Shown here: one piece after another, positions 1 to 7,474 of the stretch
How the letters are laid out: each line of letters begins with the position of its first letter
How positions within the stretch are numbered: the first letter of the stretch is position 1
Source: a virus
Length of the DNA stretch: 64,000 bases
Virus record (IMG/VR): IMGVR_UViG_3300032087_004567
Strand: one strand, 5' to 3'
Notes under the pieces: generated by a model
What the model saw: the letters and a program-made list of their open reading frames with translations, nothing else
Told to the model about the DNA's origin: nothing
Database searches by the model: none
Made by a program: the position numbers and the translations under genes

Positions 1-1
1 A

Positions 2-1027
2 ATCAATAGTGATACAGAATATGTCTGTGATAGATGGAAGTTAATTAGTGATGGTAATAACATAGTTGATTTAGGCCGTGAAACTACTAACACACCAACT
101 TACACACATGGTAAAGAACAATATGCATTTAGATTTGATGTTGAAACCACAGGAAGTAAATTTGGAATAATACAATATATTGAAAGACAAAATTGTCAGG
201 ATATTATTGAGGCAGGTGTTGCCACTTTATCTTTTAAAGCAAAAACATCTGATGCAACTACTATTGATAATGTTAAGGCAGCTATTATTTCATGGTATGG
301 GGGTACTAATGGTTTATCTAATGATCCAATATCGGCATGGAATGCTGATGCTACTAACCCTACTCTTAATACTAATTTTAACTATGAAAATTCACCAGTA
401 AATTTAAATATATCTGATTCTGAATTTACAGATGTAACCATTACAGCTAGTTTTGCCGATCCTAGTCCAAGTACTATTCAGAATCTAGCGGTTATGATTT
501 GGTGTGATATTTCTGATGCAAATGTAGGTGACTTCCTATACATATCAAATGTACAGCTTGAAAAGGGAAGCGTTGCTACACCATTTGTTCGACCAGATCC
601 TGCTTTAAAAGCAGTACAGATGCAAAGATATTATGCTAAAACAGATGCTGATATAGATATGCAACTTATTTGTGCTGCAGCAGCTGATTCAGTATTTGGA
701 GGAGCAGTATTTACAAATGCTATAATGCCAAACGTTAGAGGAAGTACAGCAAGATGGATACGTAAAGGTTCTGGTACTGGTACTCGTAATACAACGTTTG
801 TTTTAGATATAGTACCTGATAATAATAGTCACCTTGGACGTTCTGGTGGCTATACAGTAAACAGTTTTGCAGTCGGTCAAGCATCACCTGAAGGTATAAG
901 TCGTTTAAGATATAATATGTCTTATGGGCATACTAAAACTGTAGTTTCAGGTGGTAATAGAGTAAATCAAGTATCAGATGGAGGAAGTCATCCATATGGT
1001 AAAATTGAATGGTTAGGAGAGTTATAA
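2..1027 (+). CDS. Fibre/adhesin protein with carbohydrate-binding-like domain, 5'-truncated by the window edge
   Basis: The frame of the 494..1027 ORF is open from position 2 (INSDTEYVCDRWKL...). It has VQLEKGSVATPF...MQRYY and ends in GEL, like paralogs 16076..17353 and 59283..60452. Confidence 0.7.
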   Translation: MNSDTEYVCDRWKLISDGNNIVDLGRETTNTPTYTHGKEQYAFRFDVETTGSKFGIIQYIERQNCQDIIEAGVATLSFKAKTSDATTIDNVKAAIISWYGGTNGLSNDPISAWNADATNPTLNTNFNYENSPVNLNISDSEFTDVTITASFADPSPSTIQNLAVMIWCDISDANVGDFLYISNVQLEKGSVATPFVRPDPALKAVQMQRYYAKTDADIDMQLICAAAADSVFGGAVFTNAIMPNVRGSTARWIRKGSGTGTRNTTFVLDIVPDNNSHLGRSGGYTVNSFAVGQASPEGISRLRYNMSYGHTKTVVSGGNRVNQVSDGGSHPYGKIEWLGEL

Positions 1028-1386
1028 TGTCATATCAGATAGTTAATGAAGAAGGTAATGAAATTATGCATCTAGAAGAAAAATATACTATCTTTACAGA
1101 TGGTCCTCCTAGTCAGCAATTAAGCATCTATAAAGAATGGTTAGCTGAAGGTAACGTACCCTTACCTAGAGCACCTATGTCTAATGATGATATATTACAA
1201 GGTATCAGAGATGATAGAAATCTAAAATTAGCTGAATCTGATTGGACACAATCTGGAGATGTTCTTACTTCTAGTAAAAGAGCAGAATGGGCAACATACA
1301 GACAGCAATTAAGAGATTTACCTGAAAGTATTACTAATCCACTAGAATGGAGAGAGGCAGACAACTGGCCATCAAAACCTGATTAA
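1027..1386 (+). CDS. Tail fibre assembly chaperone-like protein
   Basis: RxxRNxKLAESDWTQ...WATYRQQLRDLP...WPSKP signature. The ATG at 1027 overlaps the upstream TAA. Confidence 0.75.
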   Translation: MSYQIVNEEGNEIMHLEEKYTIFTDGPPSQQLSIYKEWLAEGNVPLPRAPMSNDDILQGIRDDRNLKLAESDWTQSGDVLTSSKRAEWATYRQQLRDLPESITNPLEWREADNWPSKPD

Positions 1387-1400
1387 ACTATAATTATATT

Positions 1401-3371
1401 ATGAATATTTTTGTTATTAATTTAAAGCATAGAGTTGATCGTCTTCAATATATTAAAAATCAACTAAAGGATTATCAATATACTATTATTGATGCAGTTG
1501 ATGGATACCACCTTGAAGATCAAGAATATAATATTTTTAAAAACTGGATAGACCCAACAACAGGTAGATTTGGTTTAACAAATGGTGAGATAGGATGTGC
1601 TCTATCACATATAAAAGCATGGAAAGAAGTTGTAAAATTAAATAAGCCTAGCATTATATTAGAAGATGACACGCTTTTAAGACAAAAGATAGATTTTAAT
1701 CTAATAAACGAACACATAAATGAATCAGGATTTCTTTATCTTTATCATAGAGAGATGCAACCTGAAAAAAGTAAATCAGTAGATTACTTTAAAAATATTC
1801 CTGCATATCCATATATGGCTAATGCATATATTTTAACCCCTATTTTTGCTAAAAAACTATTAGACTACAACTTACAAAATAATTTAATACCTGTTGATGA
1901 ATTTTTTCCTTTATTAAATGGTATGAATTATGAAACAGATTATATACATGATGCTGAAGCATGTTATAGTAAGCAGGTATTCTGTAATTTTAAAAAACTT
2001 AATAAACTATTTAATAAAGATTTAAAAGAAAAATTTTATGCTTTAAGATTAAAGGAAAATTTTAGACCTGCACGTAATACGTTTTCTTCTGATATAGAGT
2101 GTAGTTATAGTAATGAAAATCTTTTATCTGTTGTTACAGCATATGATGATGAATCTAAAGCTTCCATGCTTATTAAATCATGTAATGTAAATAAAATAAA
2201 AATAAAAAATTTATGTGAGGGTATACCATGGAATGGTGGTAGTATGAAATCTACCGGTGGGGGTCAAAAAGTAAATTTACTTTACGATCATTTATTAGAA
2301 CTTAAAAAACAAGATAAAGGTAACTTTATCGTATTATTTGTCGATGGTTTTGATGTTATAATAAATGATACTGAAAAAGAATTGTTGCAAAAATTTAATG
2401 ATATGAAAGTAAATATTGTTTTTGCAGCGGAGAAGAATTGTTGGCCTGATCAATCCTTAGCAAAATATTTTGAGTCATATGGAAACGATAACCGCTTTTT
2501 AAATAGTGGTTGTATAATAGGTTATGTTGATTCTTTATTAGAGTTAATTGAAAATAAAATAAAAGATACTGATGATGATCAATTATTCTATCAAAAGAAA
2601 TATCTTGATAAAAAGAAAGAACTAAATGCTGTTTTAGATTATGAATGTTACATCTTTACATGTCTTGCTGGTGCAGAACGAGAAATAGGATATTTAAGTA
2701 ATAGACAATTTGTAAATGGTTATACTAATTCTTGTCCATCTATCTTACATGGAAATGGTGGAGATAAATCAAAACAGAAGTATAAACAAATATGTGATGA
2801 ATATTTAAGCTTCAATCAAATACTACCTTCTACAACTAGTATAAGTGTTGTTGCACCTGAAATACTACAATGTAATTTTTTAAGTAAAGATGATTGTAAT
2901 CAAATAATTAGACAAGCAAACTATTTTGATAATTGGAAATCAATGCCAGGTGATAAGTTTCCAGGACAGGAAGTACGAATAAGAGACTTTAGTCATGTTA
3001 TTTTTAATATTATAAAAGATTATTTAAAGAGTAGAATTTATTCGGCAATAGAAGAATACTGGAAACCTTTATTAATGTACGGTATAAGAGATATGTTTGT
3101 AATTAAATATAGTGAAGGTGAACAAACTAGCCTACCCTTACATCATGATGCATCTCTTGTAAGTTTTAGTATTAAATTAAATGAGGATTATGAGGGGGGA
3201 GAACTTATATTTCCTAGACAGAATTTTTCTAATATAAACGTAAATGTAGGTGATGCTATTATATGGCCAGGTCAAGTAACACATGGTCATAGATGTAATA
3301 CTCTTACAAAAGGTACTAAATATAGCCTAACAATTTGGACATCAAGATACCCTAAAGATAAAAATTATTAA
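1401..3371 (+). CDS. Trifunctional GT25 glycosyltransferase / PLOD-type glycosyltransferase / 2OG-Fe(II) lysyl-hydroxylase-like dioxygenase
   Basis: N-term FVINL..R.DR, AVDG, GEIGCALSH, ILEDD (GT25). Middle GGGQKV, FVDGFDV, FAAEKNCWPD, FLNSG, DDDQLFY, HGNG (PLOD GT domain). C-term PLHHDAS, DYEGG, WPGQVTHGH, GTKY (HxD...H facial triad). Confidence 0.85.
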   Translation: MNIFVINLKHRVDRLQYIKNQLKDYQYTIIDAVDGYHLEDQEYNIFKNWIDPTTGRFGLTNGEIGCALSHIKAWKEVVKLNKPSIILEDDTLLRQKIDFNLINEHINESGFLYLYHREMQPEKSKSVDYFKNIPAYPYMANAYILTPIFAKKLLDYNLQNNLIPVDEFFPLLNGMNYETDYIHDAEACYSKQVFCNFKKLNKLFNKDLKEKFYALRLKENFRPARNTFSSDIECSYSNENLLSVVTAYDDESKASMLIKSCNVNKIKIKNLCEGIPWNGGSMKSTGGGQKVNLLYDHLLELKKQDKGNFIVLFVDGFDVIINDTEKELLQKFNDMKVNIVFAAEKNCWPDQSLAKYFESYGNDNRFLNSGCIIGYVDSLLELIENKIKDTDDDQLFYQKKYLDKKKELNAVLDYECYIFTCLAGAEREIGYLSNRQFVNGYTNSCPSILHGNGGDKSKQKYKQICDEYLSFNQILPSTTSISVVAPEILQCNFLSKDDCNQIIRQANYFDNWKSMPGDKFPGQEVRIRDFSHVIFNIIKDYLKSRIYSAIEEYWKPLLMYGIRDMFVIKYSEGEQTSLPLHHDASLVSFSIKLNEDYEGGELIFPRQNFSNINVNVGDAIIWPGQVTHGHRCNTLTKGTKYSLTIWTSRYPKDKNY

Positions 3372-3382
3372 GTTTCTTATCG

Positions 3383-3390
3383 TATAAATA
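3383..3390 (+). promoter_or_regulatory. T4-type late promoter
   Basis: Exact TATAAATA, intergenic, upstream of virion gene 3412. gp55 is encoded in the window. Confidence 0.75.
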
Positions 3391-3411
3391 AAAGTACGAT
3401 AAGGAAACTAT

Positions 3412-3741
3412 ATGGCAACTAAAGCAAATCTTGTTATTGATCAAGGCACTACATTTTCAACTACTGTTACTTTAACTGATGATAATGGTGATTTAGTTAA
3501 TTTAGTTGATTATACCGGTGCTGCACAAATAAGAAAACATTTTACTTCATCAACTGCAACAAGTTTTGATGTTACTTTAGGTGGTGCAAATGGAACGGTT
3601 ACAATTGCATTATCTGCTAATACTACATCTGGTCTTACAGCAGGTAGATATGTATATGATGTTGAATTAACTGATTCTGCATCTGCAGTATCAAGAGTAT
3701 TAGAAGGTATTGCAACAGTGACGCCTGAGGTAACTAAGTAA
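3412..3741 (+). CDS. Small beta-rich virion structural protein
   Basis: IDQGTTF...GRYVYDVEL...RVLEG..TVTPEVT pattern typical of T4-like virion proteins; follows a late promoter. Confidence 0.6.
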   Translation: MATKANLVIDQGTTFSTTVTLTDDNGDLVNLVDYTGAAQIRKHFTSSTATSFDVTLGGANGTVTIALSANTTSGLTAGRYVYDVELTDSASAVSRVLEGIATVTPEVTK

Positions 3742-4028
3742 TGCCTATTAATCAATCAGGATTAACAGTAACTGTAAGACAGAGTTCAGGTATATCTGCA
3801 CAATTAGGAAGCAGAACAAATATATCAAACACTGCACCAATAACCCTTAAGAGTCAATCAGTATCAGTAAGTCAATTAGCAAACTTACTAGATGTGGATG
3901 AAACCTTCGAAGCTAATGGAACTGTTCCTGATGGAAGTACATTAGTATATGATTTGGATACTGATAAATATATTGTAAAAAGAATAGAATCAGATGATAT
4001 TACGTCAGTAGACGGAGGAACATTTTAA
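3741..4028 (+). CDS. Hypothetical fibre-associated protein (ends in DGGTF)
   Basis: Coupled ORF sharing its C-terminal DGGTF with the next gene. Confidence 0.55.
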   Translation: MPINQSGLTVTVRQSSGISAQLGSRTNISNTAPITLKSQSVSVSQLANLLDVDETFEANGTVPDGSTLVYDLDTDKYIVKRIESDDITSVDGGTF

Positions 4029-5767
4029 TGGCGAACACCACAATTCAAATTAAAAGGAGTACATCAAATGCTGCTCCCGTATTACAACCTGGAGAGTTAG
4101 CATATACCGCAAATGGTGAAATCCTTTTTATTGGTAGTGCAGTTGGGTCAGATACCTCCAATACTATTCCAATAGCTGGAAAAAGAACACCAGGTACGTT
4201 AACTGCAAATCAAGCAATTGTAGCTAATAATTCAAGTTGGGTAGATAATTTATACACAGCCAACCTTGCAATAGGTACTCCAGCATCAAATAAAAATATT
4301 ACATCTATTACCGATGATGGTAACCTGGCATCTGTATCAAATAATATGCTTGTTACATCATGGGCTATTAAAGACTATGTTGATAATAATTCAGCTGCAG
4401 AGTTAACTGGTTTAGATGATGTAGATACAACAGGTATTGCAAATAATTATTATCTAGTATATGATAATACAGCATCTAGATGGGAACCACATTTTATTCA
4501 AGGTACTGCAAATGAGGTAGATGTTGCATTTAGTAATAATGATTTAACTATTGGCCTACCAGCCGATGTTGATATTACTACATCTTTAGATGTTGGTGAT
4601 GTTGCAGTAAATACAACTACAGTTGATGTCGGTAATTCTACAGTAAATGCTTTAGCTAATTCTACAACAGTTTTAGTTAGCGATGCAACAAATGTATTAA
4701 CAGTAAATAGTTCTGCAATTGATCTTGCAGGCTCAGTTGATATAGGAAACTCAACAGTAAATGCATTAGCAAATTCTACAAGTTTAAATGTAAGTGATGC
4801 AACTAATGTACTAGCTGTTAATTCATCTTATATCGATTTAGGATCAGGTGGTACAGTTGAGGTAGGTAATTCAACAGTTAACGTTGCCGCCAATTCTACT
4901 ATAGTAAGAGTTATAGATGCATCATCTAATGTTACTATTAATAGTACAGCACTTGCAGTAGGTAATTTAGTTGCTGCAGAAGATAGAATAGATATAGGTA
5001 ATTCAACTGTTAATACAGTTATTACACAAAATACAATTATAACCGATGGTTACTTAGATGTTACAGGTAATGCAACATTTGCAAATGTTATTACAGTTAC
5101 TGGCAATGCATCATTTAGTAATCAAATTACCGTTACTGGCAATGTAACTGTTACTAATGTTGCAACATTCCAAAATAATGTATCAATTGCAGGTACATTA
5201 ACAGTAGAAGATTTAACTGTACAAGGAACGCTAACATCACTTGAGACTACTAATTTAGAGGTAGAAGATGCAGTAATTAGACTTGCAAAAGGACAAGCAA
5301 ATACAGGAACATTTACAGATGCAACTGATATTGGATTTTATGGTGAGTATGGTAATACATCTGCAGAGACTTATACTGGTTTAGTAAGAGATATAACATC
5401 AAATACTTATATTTTATTTGATAATTTAACTACGGATCCAAGTTCTGATGGTGTAGATTCTAGTACAGATCTGGCTACTTTAAAAACGTTATTTGCATCA
5501 CCTGGATTAGTTTCTAATACAACAAATATTTCTATAACAGCTAATTCATCTTTTACTGCAAATATTGTTGCTAATACATTAACCTTATCAACTGATTTAG
5601 AGGTTGCCGAAGGCGGTACTGGACAGTCTTCATTTACTAATAATGGTATTTTATTTGGTAATACTGCAGGTGCAATATCAGTTACAGCAGCAGGAACAAA
5701 CGGACAGGTATTACAAGTAACATCAAACGTGCCAACATTTGGAATGCTAGATGGAGGTACATTTTAA
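4028..5767 (+). CDS. Tail fibre-like protein, Asn/Thr-rich with internal repeats
   Basis: N-term IQIKRS...GELAY; repeated VGNSTVNALANST units; GGTG; C-term DGGTF. Confidence 0.7.
   Translation: MANTTIQIKRSTSNAAPVLQPGELAYTANGEILFIGSAVGSDTSNTIPIAGKRTPGTLTANQAIVANNSSWVDNLYTANLAIGTPASNKNITSITDDGNLASVSNNMLVTSWAIKDYVDNNSAAELTGLDDVDTTGIANNYYLVYDNTASRWEPHFIQGTANEVDVAFSNNDLTIGLPADVDITTSLDVGDVAVNTTTVDVGNSTVNALANSTTVLVSDATNVLTVNSSAIDLAGSVDIGNSTVNALANSTSLNVSDATNVLAVNSSYIDLGSGGTVEVGNSTVNVAANSTIVRVIDASSNVTINSTALAVGNLVAAEDRIDIGNSTVNTVITQNTIITDGYLDVTGNATFANVITVTGNASFSNQITVTGNVTVTNVATFQNNVSIAGTLTVEDLTVQGTLTSLETTNLEVEDAVIRLAKGQANTGTFTDATDIGFYGEYGNTSAETYTGLVRDITSNTYILFDNLTTDPSSDGVDSSTDLATLKTLFASPGLVSNTTNISITANSSFTANIVANTLTLSTDLEVAEGGTGQSSFTNNGILFGNTAGAISVTAAGTNGQVLQVTSNVPTFGMLDGGTF
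4622..5015 (+). repeat. Degenerate coding tandem repeat (about 38-44 aa unit, VD(V/I)GNSTVN...)
   Basis: Units start at 4622, 4736 (+114) and 4856 (+120), with a fourth partial unit near 4990. Similarity is visible at DNA level. Confidence 0.75.
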
Positions 5768-5783
5768 TTATTGAAAGGATATT

Positions 5784-6260
5784 ATGGGTGGTGAAGATAC
5801 TGAATATATTAACATTTATATACAAAAACAACAAAAAGTAATAACCGATTTAACAAATAAAAATTTAATAAACGATACAAAGTTAGATCTAGTAACAAAA
5901 AAATATAATGATTTAAGTGGTGTATATGAAAATGAAAAGAAATCTCTTAGTGATAAAATTCAACAATTACAAGGTGAAGTTAATTCATTAGTTGAAAAAA
6001 ACAATAGAGATGTAAATAGTGCAAGACAAGAGTATATAGATAAGTACAAGGATTCTATTCATACTATACAAAATCTTGAAAAACGGATTAGAGAGCTAGA
6101 TAAAGGTATTAAAGATCAAGCAGGTATAATAGATGCATTAGAAAATAATTTAAAAAGTGAAAGAGAAAAAAATCATAATTTAGATGTTGAGAATAAAAGA
6201 CTAGTTGCAAAGGTAAATACTTTTAATACTAGAAAAAAAGTAACTGAAATGACTAAATAA
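5784..6260 (+). CDS. Coiled-coil hypothetical protein
   Basis: K/E/N/L-rich helical composition; RBS aagga upstream. Confidence 0.6.
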   Translation: MGGEDTEYINIYIQKQQKVITDLTNKNLINDTKLDLVTKKYNDLSGVYENEKKSLSDKIQQLQGEVNSLVEKNNRDVNSARQEYIDKYKDSIHTIQNLEKRIRELDKGIKDQAGIIDALENNLKSEREKNHNLDVENKRLVAKVNTFNTRKKVTEMTK

Positions 6261-6266
6261 CTACAG

Positions 6267-6274
6267 TATAAATA
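6267..6274 (+). promoter_or_regulatory. T4-type late promoter
   Basis: Exact TATAAATA, intergenic. Confidence 0.7.
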
Positions 6275-6277
6275 ATA

Positions 6278-6311
6278 TTGTCTTATATAAGACAAACTAA
6301 ACCTATATAGG
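6278..6311. repeat. Two perfect palindromes (TTGTCTTATATAAGACAA 6278-6295; CCTATATAGG 6302-6311)
   Basis: Read directly from sequence, between the late promoter and the ATG at 6321. Confidence 0.8.
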
Positions 6312-6320
6312 AATGTTTAC

Positions 6321-6605
6321 ATGGCAAGCAAATTTCAATTAAAGCGTACTACTGTATCTACGCGCACCCCAAACACTACTAATTCGGCTAATGGTGCCTT
6401 CATTGATGTGGGTGAATTAGCTATTAATGTTACTGATAGTAAGTTATTTTCCTCTAATGGAACAGTACAGTTTGAAGTAGGTGCAAATTTATCTAATATG
6501 CAAGTAACTGGAATTGCCACATTAAATAACATTTCTTTTTCTGATGGTTCAACACAAACTACCGCACCATTGGATCCAATAGTTTATGCAATAGCATTAG
6601 GATAA
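6321..6605 (+). CDS. Short fibre module (FQLKR...GELAIN N-terminus, ends in AIALG)
   Basis: N-terminus resembles that of the 4028 protein. Confidence 0.6.
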   Translation: MASKFQLKRTTVSTRTPNTTNSANGAFIDVGELAINVTDSKLFSSNGTVQFEVGANLSNMQVTGIATLNNISFSDGSTQTTAPLDPIVYAIALG

Positions 6606-6608
6606 TAT

Positions 6609-6959
6609 ATGGCAAGCACATTTAAAAATTATATTAAACAGGCAGTAGGTACAGGTAATACAGTAGTTTACAATCCTACAGCTTCAGGTATACAATCAAC
6701 AATTATTGGCATGACAGTGTCAAATAGAATAGCTAATAATATTTCAATAAGCGTTACAGTGTCTAATGGTGCTAACTCTGCACAAGCAGGAGCTAATACA
6801 GTTTACATTGTAAAGGATGCTGTAGTACCTTCAGGTGCTTCAATAGTACCAGTAGGAGGAGATCAAAAAGTAGTATTAGAAGAAAATGACTTTTTAGAAG
6901 TATCAGCTAATGCTGCATCATCTGCTGATGCATTAATATCTGTATTGGAGATTACATAA
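6609..6959 (+). CDS. Small virion adaptor-like protein
   Basis: Paralogous to 11448..11810 (VPxxxxxVxV...LEEND.....A.A....A.IS..EI). Confidence 0.6.
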   Translation: MASTFKNYIKQAVGTGNTVVYNPTASGIQSTIIGMTVSNRIANNISISVTVSNGANSAQAGANTVYIVKDAVVPSGASIVPVGGDQKVVLEENDFLEVSANAASSADALISVLEIT

Positions 6960-7471
6960 TGAGTTATCTTGGCAGATCAGGTGCTTTTGATACAAGACTA
7001 GAAGTAAGATCAGATGTATTTAGTGCTAATGGAACACAAACCGCCTTTGCATTAACTTATGCGGTTACCACTACAACTGATATTGAGGTATTAGTTAATA
7101 ACGTACAACAATCACCTTATGATGGAAGTTATTCTGTATCAGGATCAACATTAACATTTACAGGCGCACCGTCATCTGGTTCTAATAATGTTTATGTAAC
7201 ATATAGGGATTACTTTCAAGTAAATCCAAAAATAAATGATCAAGCAATTTTAACAGATAACTATGCTGCATTATCTGTCACTGAAGCAAAAATTGCAAAT
7301 TATGCAGTTACATCACAAAAGGTAGCAAACACAATTCAGTTTAACACAGTTACTTTGACCGGACCAAGTTCAGCGTCAAACACATTTTCAGTAAACACAA
7401 GAGCGCAATCTGCAAACCATGCAACACAAAAACAATACGTTGATGCGCTAACTATAGTATTTGGAGCGTAA
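6959..7471 (+). CDS. Fibre-associated protein
   Basis: MSYLG N-term; NGTQTAFAL...V.VNNVQQ.P...YSVSG..LTF..AP domain; ATQKQYVD; ends in IVFGA. Confidence 0.6.
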   Translation: MSYLGRSGAFDTRLEVRSDVFSANGTQTAFALTYAVTTTTDIEVLVNNVQQSPYDGSYSVSGSTLTFTGAPSSGSNNVYVTYRDYFQVNPKINDQAILTDNYAALSVTEAKIANYAVTSQKVANTIQFNTVTLTGPSSASNTFSVNTRAQSANHATQKQYVDALTIVFGA

Positions 7472-7474
7472 TTA

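Noticed and set aside
180-401. 73-aa Leu/Met-rich ORF
   Set aside because: Off-frame shadow of the longer ORF open from position 2 to 1027.
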